Source of the DNA: Kiritimatiellia bacterium
GTDB lineage: Bacteria; Verrucomicrobiota; Kiritimatiellia; RFP12; UBA1067
DNA: 64,000 bases
Direction of reading: 5' to 3'
Assembly (NCBI GenBank): GCA_017520845.1
Contig: JAFXEU010000052.1
Coordinates: 93,968-157,967 of the forward strand
Shown: positions 29,105-39,928 of the stretch, in pieces
How the letters are laid out: each line of letters begins with the position of its first letter
Position numbering within the stretch: the stretch's first letter is position 1
Made by a program: the position numbers and the translations under genes
The notes under the pieces: model-generated
What the model saw: the letters and a program-made list of their open reading frames with translations, nothing else
Databases searched by the model: none
What the model was told of the DNA's origin: nothing

Positions 29105-30553
29105 TTATTTCTTCTTGCCCTTGGCCTTGCAGCAGGCGGACTTGGCCGCGCACTTGCCCTTGGCGATAACGGGAATCTGAGCCGCGGCGACGGACTGGCC
29201 GAGACGACGGGCCTTCTCGTCGGGCATGAAGATGTCGATCTTCTCGGCCCACTCGGGGTAGACGTCCTTGAGCATGGTCTTGGCCGTCTCGAGAATAACT
29301 TCGCCGCCGAGACCGGAGGTTACGCGGCCGAGAATCATCATGTTCTCGTAATCGTAGAACTCGTTGTACCACGGAATCGCGTGAGCGAGGAAGCGGCCGA
29401 TCTGGATGTAGACCTTGAGAGCCTTATCGTCGCCCTTCTCCATCGCGGCCTGAACGACCTTGAGTCGCTCGGGAAGAGCCATCGTCTTCGGGAACTTGAA
29501 GCCGTACTTCTCGGCGAGCCAGTTGACGGCCTGCTGCGAGAACGCCATCGCGCCTACGCCCGCATCGCCCGACCACTCGCACTTGGGAGCCTTGGGGTTG
29601 AAATCGACGGGAGCGAACGCGAGCTCGGAAATGCGACCCGTCATGCGACCCTTGGGATCGACATAGCCGACAGCCTCGGACGAACCCATCGCGACACCGA
29701 GAATACCCTTCTTGTTCATGGTAATCATGCCGGCGAGAGCGGTAACGTCACCGTCATTGTAGATCGCGAACGGAACGCCCCAATCCTTCTCGATGCGGAA
29801 GAACATATTCTGGGCGGTTTCGAACTTCGAAGGATTCTTCTCCTTGACCGCGCGGAAGAGAGAGGCGATACCCATCTTCTGACCGACGAGCGTACCGGCC
29901 GTCGAGCCGCCGATGGCGTCGACGCGCGGAAGAGCGGCGGCGGCGGCCTTAAGACCTTCTGTAAGCTTCTGATAGTGATATTCGGGATCCGCATTGTTGC
30001 GGGGATCCCACGGGAACTCCTCGGAAAATACGACCTTACCCTTGTTAAGGGCGGAAATCTTGAAATCGGACGCGCCGAGGTCGAAACCGATACGGCAGCC
30101 GTCGGCAACGGTCTTGACGAGAGCGGGAGTCTCGTTCATCTCGGGCATCTTGTTGAGAGGGAGAATAACCGCCTCGACGGGACGACCGTAGATTGAAGTG
30201 AAGAAATCGTAATCGAACGCGCGCGCGCCCTTCTTCGTGTAGGCCTTTGCGACAGGTTTTACGACAGCGTCGGGACCGGCGAGATAAAGCTTCCAGCCGC
30301 CGGCGGACCAGACGATGAACTTGGCAATACGCTCGACGACATAGGAGACCTCCTTGGCGGCGGCGGCGCTAAGATTCGACGGGATCGGAAGATCGTAGCG
30401 GTAGACCTTGCCGTCCTCGCGCTCCCACGCGACGGCAACGATGTCGGCCTTCTCGCCGATACCGCCATAAAGCTCCCACAACACGCTCATAGGCGCTACG
30501 AACTCGGTGTCGCACGTGCATGCGCCCTTACCCTTGCAGCATTTCTTGGCCAT
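29105..30553 (-). CDS. ROK family protein (sugar kinase-like)
   Basis: IGFDLGASD, NDGDVTALAG, LGVAMGSSEAVGY, ELAF; strongly biased codon usage. Confidence 0.85.
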   Translation of the reverse strand: MAKKCCKGKGACTCDTEFVAPMSVLWELYGGIGEKADIVAVAWEREDGKVYRYDLPIPSNLSAAAAKEVSYVVERIAKFIVWSAGGWKLYLAGPDAVVKPVAKAYTKKGARAFDYDFFTSIYGRPVEAVILPLNKMPEMNETPALVKTVADGCRIGFDLGASDFKISALNKGKVVFSEEFPWDPRNNADPEYHYQKLTEGLKAAAAALPRVDAIGGSTAGTLVGQKMGIASLFRAVKEKNPSKFETAQNMFFRIEKDWGVPFAIYNDGDVTALAGMITMNKKGILGVAMGSSEAVGYVDPKGRMTGRISELAFAPVDFNPKAPKCEWSGDAGVGAMAFSQQAVNWLAEKYGFKFPKTMALPERLKVVQAAMEKGDDKALKVYIQIGRFLAHAIPWYNEFYDYENMMILGRVTSGLGGEVILETAKTMLKDVYPEWAEKIDIFMPDEKARRLGQSVAAAQIPVIAKGKCAAKSACCKAKGKKK

Positions 30554-30617
30554 CTCAGTTTCTCCTAGTTTTCTTTTTGGAATTTGGATTGTAAAATTTT
30601 ATCCGATTATGATTTTA

Positions 30618-31475
30618 TCAAATAAAGTCAAAAGCCGCAAGAACCGCGCCCGTCACATCCACGAGCGACTCTACCCTCTGACGGATAAAATCCTCACGCG
30701 GTCCGAACACGATAAGCGGAACGGGATTGCGGGTATGCGTACGCTCCGTCATGTTTTCGATGTTGCCGTGATCGCTCGTCATAACGAGGGTTATCCCCGC
30801 CGCTTCCGTATATCTTACGAGAGACGAAAGGAATCTGTCGTACGTTTTCAGAACGTTGCAGGCGCGCGCGTAGTCGAGCGAATGACCGGAAACGTCTGTT
30901 TGAAAATATTCGTAAAGTGTAAAATCATTTTCGCGCGCAATTGAAAAAAGATGTTCCGCCGCTCGTTGCGGAGGTATCACTCTTATGTCGGGATAACGGT
31001 CCTGAATCGTCTCGCGCGTCAGATCCTGCATGAGCGCGGCGTCTTCCATGAGATCGTCGACGGTCGTTATCACCTCGGGCGTGGTGAGCGCCATCACGGT
31101 CGTGACCGACTTGTAGCGGCGGGACTCAAGCTCCTCGGCAGAATCGACCAGGTAGGCGTCGGCGAACCTTACCTTTTTGCCGCGACGCTTAAGCTGAAGA
31201 AAAAGATTGTTGTCCTCGATTATTTTTCTGAGCGACGGACCGGGAAAGCCTTCGCAGTGCTTGCCCATTGCCTTTGAACAGTTTACCCCCGTGAACATTG
31301 TCGCCTGTCCCGTCGCGGACTGCGGGAGACCCTCGACGCCGAGACAGGCGTCGATACTCTTAGAATGCCTGGATATAAGACGGCACAAGGTCGGGCAGAC
31401 CTCCGAATTGACCGGATTGTCCGCCGCGGCATCTCTTATGCCTACTCCGTCAATAAATAGAAACAGTACCTTCAC
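30618..31475 (-). CDS. Alkaline-phosphatase-superfamily metalloenzyme (phosphomutase-like)
   Basis: FLFIDGVG, GLPQSATGQ, TDVSGH, TSDHGNIE, HTRNPVP. Confidence 0.85.
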   Translation of the reverse strand: MKVLFLFIDGVGIRDAAADNPVNSEVCPTLCRLISRHSKSIDACLGVEGLPQSATGQATMFTGVNCSKAMGKHCEGFPGPSLRKIIEDNNLFLQLKRRGKKVRFADAYLVDSAEELESRRYKSVTTVMALTTPEVITTVDDLMEDAALMQDLTRETIQDRYPDIRVIPPQRAAEHLFSIARENDFTLYEYFQTDVSGHSLDYARACNVLKTYDRFLSSLVRYTEAAGITLVMTSDHGNIENMTERTHTRNPVPLIVFGPREDFIRQRVESLVDVTGAVLAAFDFI

Positions 31476-31478
31476 CGG

Positions 31479-32591
31479 TTACTTGCCCAACAATTTCCTC
31501 TCTAACTCTTTTACGCAAAAATCTATCGCCTTCTGTGGAACAGGTATCTTAACGGCCGCCTTCGCGCCCTCTGCCTTAATATCAACCGTATTCAAAACTT
31601 CAAGCAACAGATTAATGTCTGATCTTGCATCTGAGCTGGTTGCAGTATCTCTGAATTGCGTAAATTGGGCTATTGCAGTCATGCGAATCATCTTCAACAT
31701 TGCCGCAAGACCTTCCGCATCTTTAGTATCCCGCGTTTCAAGATTTGAAAAAACCGTCACAGCCCCGCTCTTATCAGCTTTCAGGCCGAAATCCAACGTC
31801 TTAAACTCTTTGTAATTAATCTGATTAAACAACGCAGCTTCCTTCGTCATATCTTTAGAGTCGCTTTTTTCAGCTTTGTCAAATATTGCGCCGACATCAG
31901 CGACAGCCCCACCCAAAATAAGGTTTTTATCGTTTAATAAATCATCAAACTTCGTGCTCGCGTCAGCGTTATCACGGTAAAGCGCAATCTGGGTCTTAAG
32001 GATCTCTTCAGAACCGGCAAAAACCATCAATTGATCGTTGATCGATGTAAAATATGTAGCACTTATTCTATCGTTTAAAGGAGTCGGACATTTTAGTGAC
32101 TTAACTCCAGAGACTTCAATCTCTTCAAATTTGATGTTATCTAAATTATTAGTCTTATTACTTACCGCTGCAAAAAGCTTACCGCCATCATGCTTTACAT
32201 TGAAGACGACGGATATGTTCGATACATTGTGCAATCTTTGGATATTAGATAAATCCAACTTGCCGATAGAAGCGACACACCAATTCATCTTTGAATTATC
32301 AAGCCCAGCCTCTTTGAGAAGTGCTTTGAACTCTTTCGCCTCGGATTCGCCCTTCGCAATATCATTGGCCAATGCCTTCTTATAAACTTCAAAAACCGGT
32401 GCAAAGGCTGGATTATCAATGTTATTTATAAAAACCACGAGCTGTGTATCCGCCGCGACCTTGGCGCTGTATTCGACTCTGTCCTTATCTGCACACGCCT
32501 TGTTCTTACAGCAATCATCGCCGCATCCGATAAGAGAAACGGCAATAACCGCCACCGAGGTATACTTCAAAAAAATGTTCATAATTGACAA
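31479..32591 (-). CDS. Hypothetical lipoprotein
   Basis: Lipobox LIGC after a hydrophobic stretch; 370 aa ORF abutting the next gene. Confidence 0.75.
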   Translation of the reverse strand: MSIMNIFLKYTSVAVIAVSLIGCGDDCCKNKACADKDRVEYSAKVAADTQLVVFINNIDNPAFAPVFEVYKKALANDIAKGESEAKEFKALLKEAGLDNSKMNWCVASIGKLDLSNIQRLHNVSNISVVFNVKHDGGKLFAAVSNKTNNLDNIKFEEIEVSGVKSLKCPTPLNDRISATYFTSINDQLMVFAGSEEILKTQIALYRDNADASTKFDDLLNDKNLILGGAVADVGAIFDKAEKSDSKDMTKEAALFNQINYKEFKTLDFGLKADKSGAVTVFSNLETRDTKDAEGLAAMLKMIRMTAIAQFTQFRDTATSSDARSDINLLLEVLNTVDIKAEGAKAAVKIPVPQKAIDFCVKELERKLLGK

Positions 32592-32894
32592 CCCTTTCAG
32601 TTAAGTATTTACATACAGACTTTTATAAATATACTTTTTAGCATTAAGATTATACTAAACTGTGACGCAAATTACAATGTTATTCACTTATAATTCTTAT
32701 GTAGATAACTGTTAAATAAATGTTCATATAAGAAGATAACATTTATCTTGACATAATTTATTTTTTATCATTATTCTCAAATGTATCAATTTTTTGCAAC
32801 TTTTCATAACTTATGACTGTCGCATAATATTTATTAAATAAATGTTCACAACATACCCTATATTTGCTATAATTTAACAAAATCAAATCTCTTT

Positions 32895-34844
32895 ATGGAA
32901 AATCCCACTACATACGACGTTATCATAATAGGCGGAGGTCACGCCGGATGCGAAGCGGCACTTGCCGCGTCGAGAATGGGCGCTGACACCCTGCTTATCA
33001 CCTCTAAAAAAGAAGCCATTGCGAAAATGCCGTGCAATCCTTCAATCGGAGGTCTCGCTAAAAGTCACCTTGTCTATGAATTGGATGCTCTCGGCGGAGA
33101 GATGGGCAAAAATGCCGACGCTACTACCCTGCAGTCTAAAACGCTCAATTCAAGCAGAGGCCCGGCAGTCCAGGCTACACGTACTCAGTGTGCCAAAACC
33201 GAATATGCACTTCGAATGCAAAGTGTAATATTCTCCCAAAAAAACCTAACTGTTTTAGAAGACTCTGCAATAGAAATTCTCACTAACGATCAAACAGCTA
33301 ACTCATCTACTATAACACCAAACTCCAAAATCATCAGACAGTGCATTGGAGTTAAAACCGAGTTACACGGCTGCATTAACTCTAAAACCGTAGTCATTAC
33401 TTCAGGTACTTCTTTAAGAGGAAAAATTTGGATCGGTAAGGAAGGTACTGAGAGTGCCGGTGATAATCGCCCCGCAGTAAATAGGCTTTCGGAGTCTTTA
33501 GAAACACTAGGATTTAAACTAATCCGCTTAAAAACTGGCACTCCACCTAGATTAAAGGCTTCAAGTTGTGATTTTTCACTGTGTAAACGCCAGAATGGTG
33601 AGAATCCACGCCCATTGTTCCACGTGGAACACCAAAAAGAACCACTTTCAAGCTCATCATATTGTTCCACGTGGAACAAATATAAATCTAATATACTCAC
33701 AGACGAATGTTCCACATGGAACAATCTAGTTGAAAATTCACCTTCTACTGCGTGTTCCACGTGGAACAAAAGCCAGAATTTACCCGAATATCCATGTTGG
33801 ATGACACATACAAACAGTAAAACACATGAAATTATTCGGTCGAACCTAGATAAGTCTGCACTATATGGTGGTGCAATTGTCGGTACTGGTGTTAGATATT
33901 GCCCATCAATAGAAGATAAAATTGTAAGATTTGTAACTGCCGATGCACATCATGTAATGCTTGAGCCTGAAGATTCAAAAGGAGAAATAATATATCCGAA
34001 TGGATTGAGCTGCAGTCTGCCAAAAGAAATTCAGGAAAAAATGGTTCATTCGATTGTGGGGCTGGAGAATGCTGAATTTCTCGCGTACGCTTACGCAATA
34101 GAATATGATGGTATTGACTCACGTGAACTTAAACATTCTTTAGAATCTAAACGTATAGCCGGATTGTTTTTTGCAGGTCAGGTAAACGGCACAACCGGTT
34201 ATGAAGAGGCAGCCGCTCAAGGAATAATCGCCGGAATAAATGCTACGTTTTTATCTAGAGGAGAAGAACCCTTAATTTTAAGTAGACAAGACGCTTATAT
34301 CGGTGTGATGATAGACGATCTGGTAACAAAGGGTACAGATGAACCTTATCGTATGTTCACCAGTCGAGCGGAACGACGCTTGATACTTAGGCAAGACAAC
34401 GCAAGGTTCCGTTTGGTTAATGCCGCCGAAAGAATAGGTATTATTTCTGATGAACAGATTACCGCTACAAAACTTGTTTATAACTTTATAACAAATCCCC
34501 AGGATAAAACCGTAAAAGATTTCATAAACTCTACCTCTTCAAGTAAATGTACTGTTGAACGTTGGTTCAGTAAAGAAGAAATTGAAAAAGAGATTTTGAT
34601 TATGCGTCAATATACTCCTTATATAGAGCAGGAGGAAAAGGCGGCTCTTAGAGCCAAGGAAGATGAAAACATCAAGATCCCAAAATGGCTGAATTATGAC
34701 AAATGTTTGGCAGTTCGTTACGAGAGCCGCGAAAAACTTAAAAAATACAGTCCTGAGACATTGGCTCAAGCAAGTAGAATTCCAGGCGTTAATCCGGCAG
34801 ACATTGCAGTTTTGGCTATTATAATCAAGCGAGGTAAAATTTAA
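32895..34844 (+). CDS. mnmG: tRNA uridine-5-carboxymethylaminomethyl synthesis enzyme MnmG (GidA)
   Basis: [66 protein letters not shown]. Confidence 0.98.
   Translation: MENPTTYDVIIIGGGHAGCEAALAASRMGADTLLITSKKEAIAKMPCNPSIGGLAKSHLVYELDALGGEMGKNADATTLQSKTLNSSRGPAVQATRTQCAKTEYALRMQSVIFSQKNLTVLEDSAIEILTNDQTANSSTITPNSKIIRQCIGVKTELHGCINSKTVVITSGTSLRGKIWIGKEGTESAGDNRPAVNRLSESLETLGFKLIRLKTGTPPRLKASSCDFSLCKRQNGENPRPLFHVEHQKEPLSSSSYCSTWNKYKSNILTDECSTWNNLVENSPSTACSTWNKSQNLPEYPCWMTHTNSKTHEIIRSNLDKSALYGGAIVGTGVRYCPSIEDKIVRFVTADAHHVMLEPEDSKGEIIYPNGLSCSLPKEIQEKMVHSIVGLENAEFLAYAYAIEYDGIDSRELKHSLESKRIAGLFFAGQVNGTTGYEEAAAQGIIAGINATFLSRGEEPLILSRQDAYIGVMIDDLVTKGTDEPYRMFTSRAERRLILRQDNARFRLVNAAERIGIISDEQITATKLVYNFITNPQDKTVKDFINSTSSSKCTVERWFSKEEIEKEILIMRQYTPYIEQEEKAALRAKEDENIKIPKWLNYDKCLAVRYESREKLKKYSPETLAQASRIPGVNPADIAVLAIIIKRGKI
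33616..33768. promoter_or_regulatory. Cluster of four parS (ParB-binding) palindromes inside mnmG
   Basis: TGTTCCACGTGGAACA at 33616, 33663 and 33753; TGTTCCACATGGAACA at 33708. Matches the canonical parS consensus and lies ~1.2 kb from dnaA. Confidence 0.9.
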
Positions 34845-34862
34845 CTTGTTTACTTAAAAAAG

Positions 34863-34920
34863 TTATCAACATAGATTGTTAATAAGTTGATTATACAAGT
34901 AGACTACTTATTGTTGATAA
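34863..34920. promoter_or_regulatory. DnaA-box cluster upstream of dnaA
   Basis: TTATCAACA 34863-34871, TGTTAATAA 34877-34885, TGTTGATAA 34912-34920. Confidence 0.75.
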
Positions 34921-34947
34921 CTTCTGCTAGAGTATGGTATATTAACC

Positions 34948-36411
34948 ATGCTGAAACTAGAGAAAGAAAAACAAATGAACAACAATGAAATCGATACAGT
35001 TTCCGTGGATTTATGGGAACGCGCCAAAACGATTTATCTGTCGACGTTGCGCAATGACGAAGAGCGCTCCCAGGCAGAAAATTATTTCTCTATGATTTCG
35101 TCAATATCATTGATTGATGATATCCTCACAATATTTGTAAAGACAAGGTTCGGCGCGGAATATCTTCAGGAAAAATATGCCGATAAGTTAAAACTCTCTC
35201 TCGATCTTGCCGGTGCAAAAAAGGAAACAATACTTGAGTTCAAATTCGATCCCCGGTCGAACACTCAAATCATTCAACCTGTAACTCCGAAAGCGACGGT
35301 CGAAACGTTACAGGTTCAACAACCCGCCGCGTCGGTAAAACCTCAAGTTCCTTTTATTTCTACTCTTCCTCTTGAAGAAAATTACACTTTTGAAGAATTC
35401 GTTCAGGGTTCTTCAAACAGCTGGGCGTTCGCTGCAGCCAAGGGCGTCGCTAACAATCCCGGTCAAAAAAGTTACAATCCTCTTTTCATTCACGGAGGGA
35501 CGGGTCTAGGAAAAACCCATCTGATGCAGGCTATCGGCAATGAATTGAAGAAAAAGAATCCTTCAATGTCGATCTGCTACCTGACCGCCGAAACTTTTCT
35601 TAACGAATACGTCAACGCGCTGCAGCAGAAGGGTATGGAATCCTTCAGAGACAAATACCGCTCGATCGACGTTCTGCTGGTTGACGATATTCAATTCCTT
35701 CAAAAAGGTAAACAGTGCCAGGAGGAATTTTTCAACACGTTCAACGATCTGACCTGGAAGCATAAACAGATCGTGATGACTTCGGACGTTTCTCCTAAAA
35801 ATCTACCGGCGCTCGAAGAAAGACTGATTTCACGCTTTATCGGAGGAATGGTACAGGAAATCGAGGCCCCGGGATATGAAACGCGCCTTGCCATTCTTAA
35901 AAAGAAGGCTGAAAATCTTATTCCTTCAATTCCTCAGTCTACGCTCGAATTTCTGGCAGACAACATTAAAAGCCACGTCAGAGCGATGGAAGGTGCGCTC
36001 GCCAAAGTTCATGTAACAATATCTATAAATCCCACTCAGGAATTGACCCAGGAGTTTCTTTCGATTATTCTTAAAGACTTCATAGAAAAAGAACAGACTC
36101 TCAAGAAACTCACAATAAGGGAAATACAGGAGTGTATCTGCAAAAAGTACGGAGTTTCCATCGGACAGATACTCTCATCGGACAGAACTGCGTCTCTTGT
36201 GACTCCGAGACAACTCGCAATGTATATTTCAAGAAAATATACCACGAAAAGTCTTCAGGAAATCGCAGCCGAATTCGATAAAAAGCATGCGACGATTCTT
36301 CACGGAGTCAAAACGATAGAAAAGCGTCTCGATGTCGAAGGCGAACTTAAAGGGATACTTGCTGAGGTTTTAGGAGAATTCGGATACAATATCGCCGATA
36401 AGATGGAATAA
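34948..36411 (+). CDS. dnaA: Chromosomal replication initiator DnaA
   Basis: YTFEEFVQGSSN, YNPLFIHGGTGLGKTHL, LLVDDIQFL, QEEFFNTFN, RAMEGAL, PRQLAMY. The true start may be the ATG at 34975. Confidence 0.98.
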   Translation: MLKLEKEKQMNNNEIDTVSVDLWERAKTIYLSTLRNDEERSQAENYFSMISSISLIDDILTIFVKTRFGAEYLQEKYADKLKLSLDLAGAKKETILEFKFDPRSNTQIIQPVTPKATVETLQVQQPAASVKPQVPFISTLPLEENYTFEEFVQGSSNSWAFAAAKGVANNPGQKSYNPLFIHGGTGLGKTHLMQAIGNELKKKNPSMSICYLTAETFLNEYVNALQQKGMESFRDKYRSIDVLLVDDIQFLQKGKQCQEEFFNTFNDLTWKHKQIVMTSDVSPKNLPALEERLISRFIGGMVQEIEAPGYETRLAILKKKAENLIPSIPQSTLEFLADNIKSHVRAMEGALAKVHVTISINPTQELTQEFLSIILKDFIEKEQTLKKLTIREIQECICKKYGVSIGQILSSDRTASLVTPRQLAMYISRKYTTKSLQEIAAEFDKKHATILHGVKTIEKRLDVEGELKGILAEVLGEFGYNIADKME

Positions 36412-36684
36412 ACAATTTAATCTACAACAATGTAAATAAAGTGCGTTATTATCAACAGCTGTCTACAAAGAAATAAGTTATCAAAGCTATCATAAAAAAA
36501 AATGACAACAAATCAACATTGTCAAATCAAGAACGCTCCAGTAAAATAAAGGCTAAAATAAGTTATCAACATTGTCTACAACCATAATACTAATATATCC
36601 TCTTTAATTAATCACTATTATTTGATACAATTGATGACAACTGAAGAATTGTGAATTAAAATTTAGATTCAGAAAGATAAAAAA
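36412..36684. other. oriC (dnaA-dnaN intergenic) with DnaA boxes, DnaA-trio-like repeats and AT-rich DUE
   Basis: TTATCAACA at 36449 and 36563, tandem TTGTCTACA at 36572, then TAA-TAC-TAA-TAT (36585-36596) and an AT-rich tract. Layout as in the Bacillus subtilis unwinding region; gene orientation switches nearby. Confidence 0.8.
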
Positions 36685-37779
36685 ATGAAATTTAAAATTC
36701 TACGTTCAACGTTTATAGAAGGTTTGAAATCCGTTCAGAACATCGTAGCTTCCAAGGGCTCTCTTCCGATTCTTCAGAATGTTCTTCTTGAGGCTACCGG
36801 TAAAGAACTTAAGATGACGACGACGGATCTTGATATTTCCATAAAGGGTTCCGTCGAGTGTGAAGTGGTTGAGCACGGTGTTTCCACTCTTCCGGTAAAG
36901 CTTCTTTTCAATTCTGTTTCAAAGGTCGCCGAAGGAATAGTTGAAGTTGAAATTGACGCCCGCGAAAGCGCTTCAATAACGGCCGGTTCCGCGAGATTCA
37001 AGATCGCCGGTCTTCCTGAATCCGATTTTCCGCGTCTTCCCCAGAGCGACGATTCCTATGCGTACGAGCTGGAAAGCCAGACGCTTAAGGAAATGCTCCG
37101 CAAGACTTCTTATGCCGCGTCGCAGGACGATACGCGCCGTACGCTTAAGGGCGTTTTGATGAGTTTCAAGGACATGAAGCTTACTATGGTCGCTACCGAC
37201 GGCCGCCGTCTCGCTCTTGTGGAAAAAGAAATGGAATTTCCATCCACCGCCGAACGCGACATCGTTCTTCCTTCGAAAGCGGTCCAGGAACTTCAGCGCG
37301 CTCTCGGAGGCGAAGGAAACGTAAGAGTTATGGTTCAGAAGAGCCAGATATGTTTCGAAATAGGCAATATGAAAATCTATTCGAAGCTTATGGACGACGC
37401 TTATCCGAATTACGTTCAGGTTATTCCGAAGAGCTGCTCCGAAAGTATAACTGTCGACCGTCAGCTTCTTCTCAATGCTCTTGAGCGTGCCAGCGTAATG
37501 ACTATGGACGAGGCTCACTCGACTAAACTCATTTTTGAGAACAACCGTCTTACGGTAACATCGGCCGCTAATGAAATCGGATCTGCCAGCGATGAGGTAC
37601 CGATTAAATTCGGCGGCGAAAAACTTGAAATCATGTTCAACCCCGGTTACGTTATGGACCCGCTGAAGGCTATCGATGATGACGAAATCAAGATAGAGCT
37701 CAACAACGGGCATTCGCCTGCCGTAATCAAATGCTCTATTCCGTTCCTTTACGTTTTGATGCCTCTTCGCACTTCGTAA
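36685..37779 (+). CDS. dnaN: DNA polymerase III beta clamp
   Basis: LPILQNVLL, TTDLDI, VATDGRRLA, YPNY, FNPGY, VLMPLR; directly after dnaA. Confidence 0.98.
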   Translation: MKFKILRSTFIEGLKSVQNIVASKGSLPILQNVLLEATGKELKMTTTDLDISIKGSVECEVVEHGVSTLPVKLLFNSVSKVAEGIVEVEIDARESASITAGSARFKIAGLPESDFPRLPQSDDSYAYELESQTLKEMLRKTSYAASQDDTRRTLKGVLMSFKDMKLTMVATDGRRLALVEKEMEFPSTAERDIVLPSKAVQELQRALGGEGNVRVMVQKSQICFEIGNMKIYSKLMDDAYPNYVQVIPKSCSESITVDRQLLLNALERASVMTMDEAHSTKLIFENNRLTVTSAANEIGSASDEVPIKFGGEKLEIMFNPGYVMDPLKAIDDDEIKIELNNGHSPAVIKCSIPFLYVLMPLRTS

Positions 37780-37818
37780 TAAAAACAAATTTAAACTTAA
37801 AGGTCAAAGGGTGGGCCT

Positions 37819-39051
37819 ATGAGACTTTTTACAGACAAGAATTATCCCATTATCGTTTCGTGCGCGAAAGAACTCTCCCGTTGGGTTGAGATCGAACTTC
37901 TTGATATGGGATATAAAATAGTCGAGGTTACCGAGAATACCGTAGTTGTTCGCGGCGACATGCGCGATGTAATGAGGCTTAACCTTCATTTGCGCTGCGC
38001 TCACCGCGTGCTCGTTCCTCTTCTTCGTGCGGACTGCCGCAATATTCGCGATCTTTATGAACTGGCTTACAGCATAGATTGGGAAAATCTCCTTGAGGCT
38101 GACGGTTATTTTTCAGTTTCTTCGATTGTTCATAATTATACGATTCGCGATACGCGTCTGCCGTCGCTTTATACGAAGGACGCCATCGCCGACAGGATGC
38201 GCGATAAATGTCAGCGGCGCCCCGATTCGGGAGGCGCGAACATCGGAGCCGCCGTATTTGTGTATTGGGAGAAAAATCAGGTTATAATTTATCTCGACAC
38301 ATCCGGCGAACCTTTGTCGAAACGCGGTTACCGTAAAATTCCGGGTTCTGCGCCTATGCAGGAAACTTTGGCGGCTGCGTGTCTAATGGGAATGGGCTGG
38401 AAAGGGGATAAGCCTTTTCTCTCTCCCATGTGCGGCAGCGGTACTCCTGCGATCGAGGCGGCGATGATTGCGCTTAACAGAGCTCCTGGTTCGTTAAAGG
38501 GTCATTTCGCTTTTCAATCGATTAAAGGTTATAATAGAATAATCTCCGGTGAATCGGCGCCTAACGTCGCTCCGCGTCAACGTGCGGGCGCGTCGCCTGA
38601 ACAGATCTGGAAGGAAATGATTCTCGAAGCGAAGGCCAAAGAGAAAAAAGAAGGTCTTCCTAAAATTATAGCTACCGATATTTCTCCGGAGGCCGTTGAA
38701 AACGCCCATTCCAACGCAATCGCCGCGGGGGTTGCCCAGTATATAGAATTTAAGGCATGCGATTTCGCCGATACTCCGATACCGGAGGAAAAGGGAGCTA
38801 TTTTCTTTAATCCTGAATACGGTATACGTCTCGGTACGTTTGAAGAGCTTGCTCCCATATATGAGCGTATAGGAAAATTTCTTTCAGAAAAGTTAAACGG
38901 TTGGACTGGCGCGCTGATTACGGGAAATCCCGATCTCGCCCGTCTGGTAGATCTTTATTATAAAACTCGCATTCCATTCTTTAACGGGCCGATAGACTGC
39001 AGACTGTTTATATATCCCGGTTGCGAGGTGAAAGGGTATAATAAACAATGA
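37819..39051 (+). CDS. THUMP-domain class I SAM RNA methyltransferase (RlmL/YpsC-like)
   Basis: LDTSGEPLSKRGYR, APMQETLAAA, PMCGSGTPAIEAA, NPEYGIRL, FNGPIDC. Confidence 0.9.
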   Translation: MRLFTDKNYPIIVSCAKELSRWVEIELLDMGYKIVEVTENTVVVRGDMRDVMRLNLHLRCAHRVLVPLLRADCRNIRDLYELAYSIDWENLLEADGYFSVSSIVHNYTIRDTRLPSLYTKDAIADRMRDKCQRRPDSGGANIGAAVFVYWEKNQVIIYLDTSGEPLSKRGYRKIPGSAPMQETLAAACLMGMGWKGDKPFLSPMCGSGTPAIEAAMIALNRAPGSLKGHFAFQSIKGYNRIISGESAPNVAPRQRAGASPEQIWKEMILEAKAKEKKEGLPKIIATDISPEAVENAHSNAIAAGVAQYIEFKACDFADTPIPEEKGAIFFNPEYGIRLGTFEELAPIYERIGKFLSEKLNGWTGALITGNPDLARLVDLYYKTRIPFFNGPIDCRLFIYPGCEVKGYNKQ

Positions 39052-39785
39052 GTCAGGGCGCTTTTGACTTCAACGAATTCATCGAGCCTAAGGGCAATCA
39101 GGCTGATGAAACGACGAAAATTTCCGAAAAAGAGGAAACTGTTGAAAACGAACAGGCGGAAGAAATTTCCGAGGAGTTCGACGGCAGCGAGAATATAGAT
39201 GTTCAAAAGGCGGTTGTGGAATCTTTGGCGGCGGATAAAGCCGCCTTGGATTGCGAGCTGGAAAATCTGAAAACCGCTTTAGCAGAAAAAGATACTCAGC
39301 TTGCCTCCCGAAACAGTGAAATAGATTTCTTGAAAGCGGAACTTTCTAAAAAGGATTTTGAAATTTCCGTTTTGAAAGTTGAACTTGCAAAGAAGAATTC
39401 TGAGCTCGCTAAAAATTTTGAAAAGCGGCTGGATGTCCAAGCGAGAAATCCGAATGCGCTTGCGCTTCTTGATCGCGAAGTTGAACTTCCCGACCGTTTT
39501 CCCGGCGAAACTCGCGATCATGTTTTAGAAGTTATTAGGGAAGCGCGCGATAAGTCCGAATTTGAAGGTCGCCGTCGTCGTGCCCAGATTCTCGAGTCTG
39601 TCCTTGTCGCGAACGAGCCTAACGGCACGTTGGCTGAAAGACGTTCAAGCCTTGAGAAGGTTTTTTCCGAAAACAACAATATAATTTCGGGAACCGTAAT
39701 CGAAAAGTTGAATGATTTGTCCATCGCGCACAAGGAGGGAGATGAATACCTCCTTGCGAGCGAAATTATTCTTCGTAATTTCTGA
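39048..39785 (+). CDS. Hypothetical coiled-coil protein
   Basis: ATGA/TAA overlap with the previous gene; acidic N-terminus and heptad region. Confidence 0.75.
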   Translation: MSQGAFDFNEFIEPKGNQADETTKISEKEETVENEQAEEISEEFDGSENIDVQKAVVESLAADKAALDCELENLKTALAEKDTQLASRNSEIDFLKAELSKKDFEISVLKVELAKKNSELAKNFEKRLDVQARNPNALALLDREVELPDRFPGETRDHVLEVIREARDKSEFEGRRRRAQILESVLVANEPNGTLAERRSSLEKVFSENNNIISGTVIEKLNDLSIAHKEGDEYLLASEIILRNF

Positions 39786-39812
39786 TATTACAATTTATTC
39801 ATGTAAGTTTTA

Positions 39813-39840
39813 TATGTACCGTCGGAATTGACGGTACATA
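39813..39840 (+). terminator. Hairpin, probable terminator
   Basis: TATGTACCGTC-GGAATT-GACGGTACATA perfect 11-bp stem after the 39785 stop. Confidence 0.6.
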
Positions 39841-39928
39841 CTCTTACTTGGCCCCAATTGAAAATTGCGGTTGCGCCGAGACGCATACCGTTATTGTCGA
39901 TAATCAACCCCATTCCCTTATTATGTAC

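Noticed and set aside
33616-33768. CSTWN repeats as a protein motif or mini-CRISPR
   Set aside because: The conserved unit is a 16-bp DNA palindrome read in two different frames, matching parS.
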